The translations under genes were made by a program, and so were the position numbers. From Thermoanaerobaculia bacterium (lineage in GTDB: Bacteria; Acidobacteriota; Thermoanaerobaculia; Multivoradales; Multivoraceae): 64,000 nucleotides of DNA. The notes beneath the pieces are model-generated. The model had not been told where the DNA came from and did not search any database. It was given only the letters and a program-made list of their open reading frames with translations. Where the stretch lies: NCBI GenBank assembly GCA_963666565.1, contig OY762911.1, positions 640,001 through 704,000 of the forward strand. The letters are read 5' to 3'. This document shows, in pieces, positions 22,542 through 32,676 of this stretch. How positions within the stretch are numbered: position 1 is the first letter of the stretch; each line of letters starts with the position of its first letter.

Positions 22542-24116
22542 TCAGATCGACAGGCGCTCGACGCGGCCCGAGCGCGACAGGACCAGGTCGAAGAGCAGAC
22601 GGCTGTTGAAGACGGCCGTGAACACGGAAGCCAGGATGCCCACGGTCAGGGTCACCGCGAAGCCGCGGATCGCGCCGGTGCCGAAGTTGATCAGGAAGAT
22701 GGCGGCGATCAGCGTCGTCAGGTTCGCGTCGAGGATCGACGACCACGCCTTGCCGAAGCCCGAGACGACCGCCGCCTTGACCGTGCGGCCGTTGTGCAGT
22801 TCCTCGCGGATCCGCTCGAACACGAGCACGTTCGCGTCCACCGCCATGCCGATCGTCAGGATCAGCCCCGCGATCCCCGGCAGGGTCAGGGCGGCGCCGA
22901 AGTAGGCGAGGACGCCGAACACCAGCACGAAGTTGAGCCCCAGGGCCACCATCGCGTTGATGCCCGAAGCCTTGTAGACGACCAGCATCGCGAGGATCAC
23001 CAGTACGATGCCGAAGACGAAGGCGCGCGTGCCCTGGTCGATCGAGTCCTGCCCGAGCGACGGGCCGACCGCCTGCTGCTGCAGGTAGTTGATCCCCGCG
23101 GGCAGGGCGCCCGAACGCAGCACGGTCGCCAGGTCCTCGACCTCCTGCTGCGTGAAGTTGCCCCGGATGACCCCGGAGTCGGAGATCCGGCCCTCGATGA
23201 TCGGCGCCGACTGCACCTTGCCGTCCAGCACGATCGCCAGCGGCCGGCCGATGTTCGCGCCGGTCCAGTCCTCGAAGATCTGTGCCCCTTCGTGGGTCAG
23301 CGAGAAGTTGACCACCGGCTCCTGGAACTGGCCGATGCCGGCCCGCGCCGTCTTCAGGTCGCGGCCGGTGATGACTGGCCGCCGCTCGAGCGCGTAGTAG
23401 GCCTGACCGACCACCGCGCCGTTCTCGTCCCGCTGGTCCTGGGCGGCGATCTCCAGGTCCTCGGGCAGCGTGCCGCCGTAGCGGTCGAGAATCTCCTGGC
23501 GGTCGAACGCCGCGCCCCCGGCCTCCGGGTAAACGGCAAGCCGGAACTCGAGGAAGGCGGTGTTCCGGATCAGGTTCTTCACCCGCTCCGGGTCGTCGAC
23601 GCCCGGCAACTGGACGACGAGCCGGTTGCTGCCCAGGCCCTGGCGCTGGATCACCGGCTCGGCGACCCCGAACTCGTCGACCCGGTTGCGGATCGTCTGC
23701 AGGGCCTGGTCGATCGCCTGCTCGCGGATCGTGTTCACCTCGTCCGGCCGGCGCTCGAAGACGACGTCCTCGCCGCTGCGGCGCCAGGTCCAGTACGGCA
23801 GCGTCTCCTCGATGATCGTGGGCAGCAGGCCGTCCCGGTCGGCGGGCAGGCCGGAGAGCCGGAACCGGACCGGCGTCTCGGTGACGGCGGTCGTTCCCTC
23901 CGCGCCCTTCTCCTCGAGTTCCTGGACCAGGCTGTCCATGTCCTTCTGCGCCTCGGCCCGCAGCGCGTCGTCGGTCAGCACCTCCAGCAGGAGGTGGATG
24001 CCGCCGCGGAGGTCGAGGCCCAGATTGATCGAGTCGGCGAGCGGAAAGGCCGAGAACGCGCAGGCCCCGACAACCGCGACGACGACCGCGCCCCGCCAGA
24101 GCAGGTTCCGGTTCAT
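22542..24116 (-). CDS. secD: Protein translocase subunit SecD
   Basis: LGLDLRGG, RNRVDEFGVAEP, GMAVDANVLVFERIREE. Confidence 0.97.
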   Translation of the reverse strand: MNRNLLWRGAVVVAVVGACAFSAFPLADSINLGLDLRGGIHLLLEVLTDDALRAEAQKDMDSLVQELEEKGAEGTTAVTETPVRFRLSGLPADRDGLLPTIIEETLPYWTWRRSGEDVVFERRPDEVNTIREQAIDQALQTIRNRVDEFGVAEPVIQRQGLGSNRLVVQLPGVDDPERVKNLIRNTAFLEFRLAVYPEAGGAAFDRQEILDRYGGTLPEDLEIAAQDQRDENGAVVGQAYYALERRPVITGRDLKTARAGIGQFQEPVVNFSLTHEGAQIFEDWTGANIGRPLAIVLDGKVQSAPIIEGRISDSGVIRGNFTQQEVEDLATVLRSGALPAGINYLQQQAVGPSLGQDSIDQGTRAFVFGIVLVILAMLVVYKASGINAMVALGLNFVLVFGVLAYFGAALTLPGIAGLILTIGMAVDANVLVFERIREELHNGRTVKAAVVSGFGKAWSSILDANLTTLIAAIFLINFGTGAIRGFAVTLTVGILASVFTAVFNSRLLFDLVLSRSGRVERLSI

Positions 24117-24424
24117 GACTTCGCCTCCTCCGCCAGACCGGTGATCGAGGACTTGGTGACCTTCACCCTGACCCCGTCGGCTATCTGCAGGATGACGGTG
24201 GTCGGCTCGGTCGACACGACGTCGCCGAAGACCCCGCCCTGGGTGAGGACCCGGTCCCCCTTCTTGAGCGCCTCGACGGTCGCCTGGAGCTGCTTGCGCC
24301 GGCGCCGCTCCGGGGCGATCAGCAGAAAGTAGAAGATGGCGCCGATCAGGATGAGCGGCAGAAACTGGATGAGACCCGAGGGCGCGGCGCCCGCGGCCAC
24401 AAACAGTGCGAAGTCAGGAATCAT
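24113..24424 (-). CDS. yajC: Preprotein translocase subunit YajC
   Basis: IFYFLLIAP, LKKGDRVLTQGG; tgt-yajC-secD order. Confidence 0.93.
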   Translation of the reverse strand: MIPDFALFVAAGAAPSGLIQFLPLILIGAIFYFLLIAPERRRRKQLQATVEALKKGDRVLTQGGVFGDVVSTEPTTVILQIADGVRVKVTKSSITGLAEEAKS

Positions 24425-24495
24425 CTCTGGTGCTCCCAGCAGCGTGCTCGGTTTGGCGTCGGGCCGGTCAGGCGGCCCGCACCGCAGGGCGTACC

Positions 24496-25656
24496 CTATC
24501 GCCGTTCGGCCTCCGGTTCTCCCTCCGGGCCGGCGGCGGGCATTCGGGCCGCCGCGAAGTCCGCCAGGGCGCCGTTCCCGATGGCCCCCCGCAGGCCGGC
24601 CATGAAGTCGAGGAAGAAGCGCACGTTGTGCTCGGTCGCCAGCACCTTGCCGGTGATCTCGCCGCAACGGAAGAGGTGGTGCAGGAAGGCGCGGCCGTGC
24701 CGGCGGCAGACCGGGCAGGCGCAGGCCGGGTCCACCGGACGCGGGTCGTCCCGGTAGCGCGCCTTCTTGATCCGGACGATGCCGGCCGACGAGAACAGCG
24801 TGCCGTGGCGGGCGTTGCGGGAAGGCAGCACGCAGTCGAAGAGGTCGACGCCCTGGCGTACGGCGTGGAGGATGTCCTCCGGGGTGCCCAGGCCCATCAG
24901 GTAGCGGGGACGGTCCTCCGGCAGCGCCGGCGCGACCCAGGACACCGCCCGGCGGCCCAGTTCCCGGTCCTCGCCGACGCTGACGCCGCCGATCGCGTAG
25001 CCGTCGAACGGCAGGCCGGCGATGTCCTCGGCGGCCCGGCGCCGCAGGTCCTCGAAGAAGCTGCCCTGGACGATGCCGAACAGGCCCGCGGCGCCGGCGC
25101 CGGCGCCGGCGCCGACGGCCGCGCCGCGGCGGTCGAGGGAGCGCCGCGCCCACAGGTTCGTCCGCCGCAGCGCCTCGGCCGCCGCTTCACGCTCCACCGG
25201 CCAGGGCGGGCACTCGTCGAGCACCATCGCGGTGTCGACGCCGATCCGTTCCTGGAAATCGACCACCCGCTCGGGCGTCAGTTCCACCGTGCCGCCGTCG
25301 TGCGGGCTGCGGAAGGTGACACCCGCATCGTCCACCCGTCGCAGGCCGGCCAGGCTGAACACCTGGTAGCCGCCGCTGTCCATCGCCAGCGGGCCGTCCC
25401 AGCCGACGAAGCGGTGGAGACCGCCGAGACCGGCGATCCGCTCCGCGCCGACCCGCTCCAGCAGGTGGAACAGGTTCGTCATCAGGATCCGCGCCCCGGC
25501 CGCCGCCAGCGCGTCCTGGCTCAGGCCCTTGACCGCGCCGAGCGTGCCGACCGGCATGAAGGCCGGGGTCTCGACCTCGCCGTGAGGCGTGGTCAGGCGG
25601 CCGCGGCGGGCGAGCCCGTCGCGGGAGACGACGCGGAACCGCAGGCGGCCGTTCAG
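24496..25656 (-). CDS. tgt: tRNA-guanine transglycosylase; probable CTG start
   Basis: TPAFMPVGT, MDSGGYQVFSL, RYLMGLG, DLFDCVLP, CACPVC zinc site. Confidence 0.95.
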   Translation of the reverse strand: MNGRLRFRVVSRDGLARRGRLTTPHGEVETPAFMPVGTLGAVKGLSQDALAAAGARILMTNLFHLLERVGAERIAGLGGLHRFVGWDGPLAMDSGGYQVFSLAGLRRVDDAGVTFRSPHDGGTVELTPERVVDFQERIGVDTAMVLDECPPWPVEREAAAEALRRTNLWARRSLDRRGAAVGAGAGAGAAGLFGIVQGSFFEDLRRRAAEDIAGLPFDGYAIGGVSVGEDRELGRRAVSWVAPALPEDRPRYLMGLGTPEDILHAVRQGVDLFDCVLPSRNARHGTLFSSAGIVRIKKARYRDDPRPVDPACACPVCRRHGRAFLHHLFRCGEITGKVLATEHNVRFFLDFMAGLRGAIGNGALADFAAARMPAAGPEGEPEAERR

Positions 25657-26390
25657 TTGAGGTCGATCTCGGTGACTTCGACGTCGTCGGGCAGCGCCAG
25701 GACGAACTCCGAGTCGTCGATCGGCTCGTTCAGGACCACATCCTCGAGGGTGACGAGCCGTTCGTCGCCGCTGGCGTGGACGATCCTGAACTGCCGGGGC
25801 AGGAAGTTCTCCGGGTCGATCCAGAGGTCGATCTGCTTCACTCGCTTCTCGACGCTCCGGTAGTCCGGCGTCAGGTGCAGGTAGTAGGGGTCCCCCTCCT
25901 TCTCGGGGAACTCCGCCTGCACGGCGAAGTACTTCATCAGCGTCTCGAGGTTGCCGGCCGGCCCCATGTACTCCAGCACCTGCTCCGACAGCCGGCCCAC
26001 CGCCGTCCTCCTGGCCGTGCCGAGATCGACGTACCAGGTGATCGCCACGTCGCCGTGGACGGCCATGACGACCGGCTTCGGCTCCACGATCTCCCACCGC
26101 AGCGCGTCCGGCGGCCGGTAGCGGAACCAGCCGCGGCCCTCCTCCGGCGCCAGCAGCAGCTCGCCCTCCATGCGCTGGATCAGGCGCGCCTGCAGGGTCA
26201 CGATCCGGTTCTGCTCGTACTTCACCCGCTCGACCAGCCGGTCGAGTCGCTCGCGCAGACCGAGCCCTTCGGTCGCCGGGTCGAGCGGCGCGGGCGGAGT
26301 GTCCGGCGACTGGGCGTGGAGGACGGCGGCCGCCATCGGGGCGAGCAGCAGTCCCGCCAGCCACGGCGCGAGTGATGGGCGTTTCTTCAT
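25653..26390 (-). CDS. lolA: Outer-membrane lipoprotein carrier LolA-like
   Basis: Signal peptide; G.FRYRPPDALRWE; LNEPIDDSEF C-terminus. Confidence 0.8.
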   Translation of the reverse strand: MKKRPSLAPWLAGLLLAPMAAAVLHAQSPDTPPAPLDPATEGLGLRERLDRLVERVKYEQNRIVTLQARLIQRMEGELLLAPEEGRGWFRYRPPDALRWEIVEPKPVVMAVHGDVAITWYVDLGTARRTAVGRLSEQVLEYMGPAGNLETLMKYFAVQAEFPEKEGDPYYLHLTPDYRSVEKRVKQIDLWIDPENFLPRQFRIVHASGDERLVTLEDVVLNEPIDDSEFVLALPDDVEVTEIDLN

Positions 26391-26428
26391 CGCTGCGAAC
26401 CGGCGTGGGCGACCGTAGAGTAGCAACC

Positions 26429-27613
26429 GTGGCGACGCTGTCCTTCAGAGACCCGATTCACGGCTTCATCGAGGCCGACGAGCTCGAGGCGGCGCTCGTG
26501 CGCACGCGGCCGCTGCAGCGCCTGCGCTCCATCCGTCAACTCGGCCTGACCCACCTCGTGTTCCCCGGCGCCGAGCACAGCCGCTTCGGGCACGCCCTGG
26601 GCACGATGCACTTGGCCGGTCGCGTCTACGACACCCTCGCGAAGGCCGAAGGCACGCCGCTCGAACCAGGTCCGGCGGCGCCCGCCCGCCGCCTGGTGCG
26701 GGCGGCGGCATTGCTCCACGACCTCGGCCACGCCCCCTTCAGCCACTGGGCCGAGGACCTGTTCGAGGACGGGATCGACCACGAGGAGATGAGCCGGCGC
26801 CTGCTCGCCGGCGACGAGATCGGCGCGGCGTTCGAGGAGCATGGCAACGGGATCGAGGCCCGCGACGTGATCCGCCTGCTCGCCGACGACCTCGACGGGC
26901 CGGAGCGGTTGCTGTCGCCGATCGTCTCCGGCGAACTCGACGTCGACAAGATGGACTACCTCCTGCGGGACTCCCTGTTCTGCGGCGTCCGCTACGGCAA
27001 CTTCGACCTCGACCAGGTGATCGCCACCGTCCGGCCGCTCACCGACGGCGCCGGCGTCGACCACCGGCTGGGGATCGACGCCGAGGGCCTGCACGCGGTC
27101 GAGGGCCTGATCCTGGCCCGCTACTACATGTTCACGCAGGTCTACTTCCACGTCACCGGCAAGGCGCTGGAGCTCCACCTGAACGAGTGGCTGCACGAGA
27201 AGGGAGTCGCCTGGAGCAGCGACCCGGAGCGCTTCCTGGCCGACGACGACGGCGAAATGATGACGAGGATGCGCCGTTCGGACAGCCCGCACGCCCGCGC
27301 CATCACCCACCGCGCCCACTTCCGGCTCGCCCACGAGACCGGCGAGCACCTGGACGCCGACGAGAAACGTGCGTTCGAGGAGCGGCTCGACCCGCTGCTC
27401 GAACGCTACGGCAAGGACGTCCTCGTCTCGAACTCGGCCAAGGACCCGCACCGCCTCGGCCGCGGCCGGGTGCCGGTCCGCCAGAACGGAGGGAAGCTCG
27501 TGCCGCTCGAGGAAGCGAGCCACTTCGTGCGCCACCTGCGACGCATCGACCGCTACCGGGTCTACTGCGGCGACGCCGTCTACGACGAAGTCCGGCGCGC
27601 GCTGAGCGCCTGA
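26429..27613 (+). CDS. HD-domain phosphohydrolase (YwfO/SAMHD1-like dNTPase family)
   Basis: RDPIHG, QRLRSIRQLG, HSRFGHALG, LLHDLGHAPFSH, LDVDKMDYL. Confidence 0.9.
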   Translation: MATLSFRDPIHGFIEADELEAALVRTRPLQRLRSIRQLGLTHLVFPGAEHSRFGHALGTMHLAGRVYDTLAKAEGTPLEPGPAAPARRLVRAAALLHDLGHAPFSHWAEDLFEDGIDHEEMSRRLLAGDEIGAAFEEHGNGIEARDVIRLLADDLDGPERLLSPIVSGELDVDKMDYLLRDSLFCGVRYGNFDLDQVIATVRPLTDGAGVDHRLGIDAEGLHAVEGLILARYYMFTQVYFHVTGKALELHLNEWLHEKGVAWSSDPERFLADDDGEMMTRMRRSDSPHARAITHRAHFRLAHETGEHLDADEKRAFEERLDPLLERYGKDVLVSNSAKDPHRLGRGRVPVRQNGGKLVPLEEASHFVRHLRRIDRYRVYCGDAVYDEVRRALSA

Positions 27614-27621
27614 TCCGCACC

Positions 27622-27711
27622 GGGTGCGCGGGTCTTCCGACCCGCACCGGGTACGCGGGTCTTCCGACCCGCTCAGGCGAACGCACTGGGTGCGCGGGTC
27701 TTCCGACCCGC
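27622..27711 (+). repeat. Three REP copies
   Basis: 27622-27645, 27649-27672, 27688-27711. Confidence 0.9.
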
Positions 27712-27765
27712 TCGCCGCCGCAGGCGGCAGAAAACGCGCCGGCCGAAAGGCCGGCGCCGCTCGGG

Positions 27766-28554
27766 TCAGCGCGGCCGCGAAGGACCGACGAGCACGTCGT
27801 CCCGGGCGGCGGGGTGCGGCAGGCGCGCTTCGGCCCCGGCGCGAAGGCGGGCCGCGAGCCGCGCGATGGGCCGTCCCTCCCGCTCGAACTTCGCCTCGTA
27901 GTTCGTCCGCGGCCCCTCCGGCCAGCCGCCGTCCACGCGGTCGACCTCCACCGCCGGATGCAGGGCCAGCGTCTCCGCCACCGCCTCGCCGTACTCCAGG
28001 TGATCGGTCGCGAAGAACAGCCGGCCCCGGGACGGATCGAGCAGCGACAGCACGAGGTCGACGGTGCGCGGGTCGAGCAGCCGCCGGCGGTGGTGCCGGC
28101 TCTTCGGCCACGGATCGGGGAAGTAGACGTGGACCGCGCGCGCCATGCCCGCCGGCAGCAGGGTCGCGATGAGGTACAGCGCCTCGCCGCGCAGCAGCAC
28201 GACGTTCGAGAGGCCGCGCGCCGCCGCCCGCCGGGCCGCCAGCCGGAAGTACTTCGACGCCATCTCCACCCCCAGGAAGGGCCGGGGCGCGGCGGCGGCC
28301 GCCGAGGAGAGGAGGAACCGGCCCTTGCCGAAGCCGAGTTCGACTTCCCAGTCCGAGCGTTCCGCGAACGCCGACCGCAACTCGGCCCGGCAGGAGGCGA
28401 GGTCGCGGAAGCCGGCGCCGAACTGGCCGCCAATCGGTGCCGCTTCGCGGCGCGCACCTCCGGCCGCCTCCGGCGGCAGCGGGTCAGAAGACCCGCGCAC
28501 CGACAGGGCGGCCAGTTCGGCGCCGGGCCAGACGAGGACGGGCGGCGCGCTCAG
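27766..28554 (-). CDS. trmB: tRNA (guanine-N7)-methyltransferase; start CTG 28554 or GTG 28500
   Basis: VELGFGKG, FPDPWPKSRHHRRR, ATD, TNYEAKF; REP at 28479-28501 lies in frame. Confidence 0.9.
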   Translation of the reverse strand: MSAPPVLVWPGAELAALSVRGSSDPLPPEAAGGARREAAPIGGQFGAGFRDLASCRAELRSAFAERSDWEVELGFGKGRFLLSSAAAAAPRPFLGVEMASKYFRLAARRAAARGLSNVVLLRGEALYLIATLLPAGMARAVHVYFPDPWPKSRHHRRRLLDPRTVDLVLSLLDPSRGRLFFATDHLEYGEAVAETLALHPAVEVDRVDGGWPEGPRTNYEAKFEREGRPIARLAARLRAGAEARLPHPAARDDVLVGPSRPR

Positions 28555-29702
28555 AGGAGGTCCCGCCGGTCCAGGGCGCGGAGGCGCTCCACCACTTCGC
28601 GCACCTCCTGGGCCCGCTCGCGCGGCACGACCAGGACGGAGTCGCCGGTCCGCACGACGGCGAGACCTTCCACGCCGACGACCGCCACCGTCCCTTCCTC
28701 CGCGAACAGCAGGTTGTCGCGGGCGTCGACGGCGATCGCGTCGCCCACCGTCCGGTTGCCGTCTCCATCCGGCGGCAGCGCCTCCGCCAGCGACGCCCAG
28801 GAGCCCAGGTCGTTCCAGCCGCAGTCGGCGACGACGCAGCCGATCGAGTCGAGCCGCTCCATCAGCCCGTAGTCGATCGAGACCGACTCGAGGCCCGCGT
28901 AGATCTCCCGGCGGAGCGCCGCGTCGAGATCCTCAGCCACCAGCCGCTCGATGCCGGCGGCGAGCTCCGGCAGGTGCTCGCGGTAGAGATCGAGCAGCAC
29001 CGTGCCCCGAAACAGGAAGATGCCGGCGTTCCAGAAGTGGCGGCCGCCCTCCACGAAGCGCGCCGCCTTCTCCGCGTCCGGCTTCTCCGTGAACCGCACC
29101 ACGCGGTTCACCTCGCCCGGAGCCGCCCGGGCCGCCTCCGCAGGCGCCGGGAACTGGCGGTCCACCGGGTGCGCGGGTCCTCCGACCCGCTCAGGCGAAC
29201 GCGCCGGGCGCCGGCCCGGCCCCGCTTCGGCCAGCTCCAGGTAGCCGTACCCGGTCTCCGGCCAGGCCGGCGCGATGCCCACGGTGACCACGTCGTACTC
29301 GCCGCGCTCCACCGCCGCGGCGCCGCGGCGGAGCGCCTCGCGGAACGCCTCCTCGTCGGCCACCCAGTGGTCGGACGGCATGACCGCGATCACGTCCCAC
29401 CGCGCCGCCTCCGGCATCGACCGCACCGCCCAGCCGATCGCCGGCGCCGTGTTCCGGCCGCTCGGCTCGCCCAGGATCCGCGAAGGGTCGAGACCGGGCA
29501 GTTCGGCGGCGACCGCGGCCGCGAGCTCCTCGGTGGTGCAGACCCAGATCCCGCCGCTGCCGCACAGCGGCTCGACCCGGCGCGCGGTCGCCGCCGCCAG
29601 CGAACCGCCGCCCAGCAGGTCGAGGAGCTGCTTGGGGCGGCGCCGGCGGCTCAGCGGCCAGAAGCGGGAACCGATGCCGCCGGCCAGGATCAGACCGATC
29701 AT
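28551..29702 (-). CDS. manC: Mannose-1-phosphate guanylyltransferase
   Basis: LAGGIGSRFWPLSR..PKQ, EPSGRNTAPA, PSDH, ETGYGY, FTEKP, WNAGIF, SIDY, WNDLGSW; in-frame REP at 29167-29190. Confidence 0.93.
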   Translation of the reverse strand: MIGLILAGGIGSRFWPLSRRRRPKQLLDLLGGGSLAAATARRVEPLCGSGGIWVCTTEELAAAVAAELPGLDPSRILGEPSGRNTAPAIGWAVRSMPEAARWDVIAVMPSDHWVADEEAFREALRRGAAAVERGEYDVVTVGIAPAWPETGYGYLELAEAGPGRRPARSPERVGGPAHPVDRQFPAPAEAARAAPGEVNRVVRFTEKPDAEKAARFVEGGRHFWNAGIFLFRGTVLLDLYREHLPELAAGIERLVAEDLDAALRREIYAGLESVSIDYGLMERLDSIGCVVADCGWNDLGSWASLAEALPPDGDGNRTVGDAIAVDARDNLLFAEEGTVAVVGVEGLAVVRTGDSVLVVPRERAQEVREVVERLRALDRRDLL

Positions 29703-29723
29703 CCGAGGCTCCGTCGGCGACGC

Positions 29724-30413
29724 TCAGTCGCCGGCCGTGCCCGCGTGCCAGATCGCGACCTCGTCCAGCGACTTGCGCCGCAGGTCGGGCACCTCGCAGT
29801 CCGGCGCCGGATAGCCGACCGGGAACAGGATGTACGGCTTCTCGTTCCGCGGGCGCTCGAGGATCTCGCTAAGGAACGCCATCGGGCTCGGCGTGTGGGT
29901 CAGCGTGGCGAGCCCCATCCGGTGCAGGGCCGCGATGAACAGGCCGCAGGCGATGCCGACGCTCTCCTTGACGTAGTAGTTCTTCCGCTTGGCGCCGTGC
30001 TCGTCGAAGCCGTGAAGCTCGGCGAACACGACGACGATCCACGGCACCGTGGTCAGGAAGGGCTTCCGCCAGTCCGTGCCGAGCGGCTTGAGCGCTTCGA
30101 GCCACTCGTCCGGCATCCGCCCGCCGAGGTAGCTGTGCTTCTCCTCCGCCTCCGCCGCTTCGCGGATCCGCGCCTTGACCTCCGGGTCGCCGACGGCGAC
30201 GAACCGCCACGGCTGGCGGTGCGCCCCGGACGGCGCGGTCGAGGCCGCCTCGATCGCCCGCTCGATCAGGCGGCGCGGCACCGGTTCATCGGTGAAGAAC
30301 CGCACGCTCCGGCGGCCGTCGAACTCCTCGAAGACGGCGTCGGCGCGGCGCTCCATCTCGGCCGGCGCCACGCGCTCGGGCCGATAGGGCACGAACGCCG
30401 GCTCTTCAGCCAC
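29724..30413 (-). CDS. Nitroreductase of the iodotyrosine deiodinase (IYD) subgroup
   Basis: RRSVRFF, TAPSGAHRQPW, IREAAEAEE..Y, W...L.PLGTDW.KPFL, YYVKESVGIA, TLTHTPSP, DLRRK. Confidence 0.85.
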   Translation of the reverse strand: MAEEPAFVPYRPERVAPAEMERRADAVFEEFDGRRSVRFFTDEPVPRRLIERAIEAASTAPSGAHRQPWRFVAVGDPEVKARIREAAEAEEKHSYLGGRMPDEWLEALKPLGTDWRKPFLTTVPWIVVVFAELHGFDEHGAKRKNYYVKESVGIACGLFIAALHRMGLATLTHTPSPMAFLSEILERPRNEKPYILFPVGYPAPDCEVPDLRRKSLDEVAIWHAGTAGD

Positions 30414-31491
30414 CCGCGCGCTCGAGTTCGTCCTCGACCACCTCGGCCAACTGTTCGTAGGCGACCGCCCCGGCCAGCGGCCGGCCGTTGACGAACAGCG
30501 CCGGCGTCCCGTTCACGCCGGCCTCGACGCCGGCGCGCCGGTCGGCGTGTACCCGGTCGGCGACGCCTTCCCGCTCCAGGCAGGCCGCGAACGCCTCGGC
30601 GTCGAGCCCCGTCCGGGCCGCCTTGTCCTTCAGGTCGTCCGCGGTCAGGGCGTCCTGCTCCTCGAACATCAGGTCGTGCAGTTCCCAGAATGCGCCGAGC
30701 TCCTGGGCGCAGACGCCGGCCTCGGCGGCGGCCTGGGCGTTCGGGTGGATCGCGTGCAGCGGGAAGTGGCGGAACACGAGCCGTACCCGGTCCGGGTACT
30801 CCTCCAGGATCCGCTCCAGCGTCGGCAGCACCCGCTTGCAGTACGGGCACTCGAAGTCCGACCACTCGACGATCGTCACCGGCGCCGACGCCGCGCCGCG
30901 CGCCGGGCCGCCGGCCTCCTCGACCTCGAGCCGGTACGGGTCGAGCAGGTACTCGATGTCGTGGCCGTCCTCCAGGGCCTCGACGAACCGCTGCTGCGCC
31001 ATGAACGCGCGCACCTGGGGCTCGATCTCCTCGCGGTCGCCCCGGATGCGGCCCTCGTTCTCAGTGAAGAAAGCGTCGACGTCCTCGTCCGTCAGGCCGG
31101 CTTCGAGCCGCTCCATCTCCGCCGCCTGCCAGTCGGCGGCGGCGAGGCCCGCGCTCTCCGCGCCGGCCTGGAGCAGGCGGTCGCGCACGATCCCCTCGAG
31201 CGTCCGCTCGATCAGTCCGTGGCGTTCCGAGGCGGCCTGCAGCTCGCACTGGATGAGCTGCTCCTCCAGTTGATCCAGTTGCGGGGCAGCCTGTTCGAGC
31301 GCCTCGCCGTAGCCGATGTCCACGCCGTCCAGCCGCGCCGCGACACGCTCCTCGACCGGATCCTCCTGGGCCGCCGCCCCGGACCCCGGCCGCAGGACCA
31401 GGAAGCCGATGACCGCCAGCAGCGCCGCGTAGAGCGCCAGGTGCAGCGCCCAGACGGGCCGGTTCTTGTGCTCGGAAGTGTCTGTGCTCAA
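30406..31491 (-). CDS. DsbA/thioredoxin-like membrane-anchored oxidoreductase
   Basis: EWSDFECPYC, FRHFPL, GVNGTP; TTG start with GAGGAGG RBS. Confidence 0.9.
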   Translation of the reverse strand: MSTDTSEHKNRPVWALHLALYAALLAVIGFLVLRPGSGAAAQEDPVEERVAARLDGVDIGYGEALEQAAPQLDQLEEQLIQCELQAASERHGLIERTLEGIVRDRLLQAGAESAGLAAADWQAAEMERLEAGLTDEDVDAFFTENEGRIRGDREEIEPQVRAFMAQQRFVEALEDGHDIEYLLDPYRLEVEEAGGPARGAASAPVTIVEWSDFECPYCKRVLPTLERILEEYPDRVRLVFRHFPLHAIHPNAQAAAEAGVCAQELGAFWELHDLMFEEQDALTADDLKDKAARTGLDAEAFAACLEREGVADRVHADRRAGVEAGVNGTPALFVNGRPLAGAVAYEQLAEVVEDELERAGG

Positions 31492-31531
31492 GGGTCGCCT
31501 CCTCTTCCGCGAGGACTCTACCGGAGCCACT

Positions 31532-31696
31532 GGGTGCGCGGGTCTTCCGACCCGCCGCTGGGTGCGCGGGTCTTCCGACCCGCATGCCGCCGAAGGCGGC
31601 GGAAAACAACGTCGCCGGCCTTTGGCCGGCGGCATTCTTTCCGGGCTACGCCGCTTCGCGGCTTCGCCCGAAGCGGGTCGGAAGACCCGCGCACCC
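31532..31696. mobile_element. REPIN (137 bp, 31560-31696) plus an extra REP at 31532-31555
   Basis: Inverted REP pair around an 89-nt spacer conserved at 58143 and 63525. Confidence 0.8.
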
Positions 31697-31713
31697 AGCG
31701 CACCCAGCAGCCG

Positions 31714-32676
31714 TCAGGGCGGTCCCATCAGCGCGTTGACGGAACTCTCGAACCCCGTCTCCGGCCGGTCGGGCCGCAGGCGGCGAACCGCCAGGCCTTC
31801 GACGATCCGCCGCGGCTGGATGTAGCGCTCCCGCAACCGGTGGGCGTCCAGCAGGTCGGCCGCGAACGCCAGCGCCGCCGCCCGGTCGCTGCGGTCGTCG
31901 AGCGCGCCGGCCGCCTCGGTCACGGTGGCCGCCATGCGCGTCCAGCCCTGGCGCGCCCGAACGTCCTCCAGCGCCTTGCCGCCGACCTCGACCAGCCGGT
32001 CGGTCAGAGCGGACACCCACGGCGCGAACCCGTCGCCGTCCGGCCGCTGCCGCCAGTGGGCGACGAGTTCCGCCGTCCGCCCGTCGTCCACCGCGGCCCG
32101 GTCGCCGCCAAGGTAGACCGTCAGCGAACGACTCCGCAGCGTGGGCAGAAGCTCCTGGGCGGACGCCGCCAGCAGGAGGAAGTGCCTGGGCGTGCTGCCG
32201 ACCGGTTCCTCCAGGGTCTTGAGCAGCACGTCCGCGGCGTTGACGTTCAGCGTGTTCGCCTCCGCGATCACGAACACCTGGCCCCGGGCCTCGTACGGCG
32301 ACATCTGGGCCGAGCGCACGACCGGCCTCACCATGTCGACGACGATGTCCCGCTTGCCGGGGGGCCGCTCCAGCAGCAGGACGTCGGGATGCGATTGCCG
32401 GACTCCCACGTCGCCCGCGTCGCCGGCCTTGCCGCGCTTCTTCTCCGACGGCGCCTTCGCGCGCGCCTCGCTCGCGTACCGGTCGGGGTCGATCCGCCGG
32501 CAGTGCGTGCACTCGCCGCACGGCCGCTCCTCCGGCGCGCGCTCGCAGAGCAAGGCCCGGCCAAGCCGGAACGCAAGGCCGCGCCGCTCGTCCGCCGTAC
32601 CGCCCGAGACGATCACCGAGGGATAGAGACGGCCCTCCGCCGCGAGCCGCGGCAGCTCGTCCGCAGCGCCACTCAT
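31714..32676 (-). CDS. holB: DNA polymerase III delta' subunit
   Basis: C...PCGECTHC, HPD, AADVLLKTLEEP, LLPTLRSR; follows tmk. Confidence 0.9.
   Translation of the reverse strand: MSGAADELPRLAAEGRLYPSVIVSGGTADERRGLAFRLGRALLCERAPEERPCGECTHCRRIDPDRYASEARAKAPSEKKRGKAGDAGDVGVRQSHPDVLLLERPPGKRDIVVDMVRPVVRSAQMSPYEARGQVFVIAEANTLNVNAADVLLKTLEEPVGSTPRHFLLLAASAQELLPTLRSRSLTVYLGGDRAAVDDGRTAELVAHWRQRPDGDGFAPWVSALTDRLVEVGGKALEDVRARQGWTRMAATVTEAAGALDDRSDRAAALAFAADLLDAHRLRERYIQPRRIVEGLAVRRLRPDRPETGFESSVNALMGPP

Noticed and set aside
24496-25656. tgt as an archaeosine-type TGT partnering the RaSEA-like gene
   Set aside because: It has bacterial TGT length and the classic tgt-yajC-secDF context, with no PUA extension, and lies about 10 kb away
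26429-27613. HD-domain dNTPase as an antiphage system
   Set aside because: Sits among housekeeping genes with native composition and no defence partners; fits the widespread YwfO-like family
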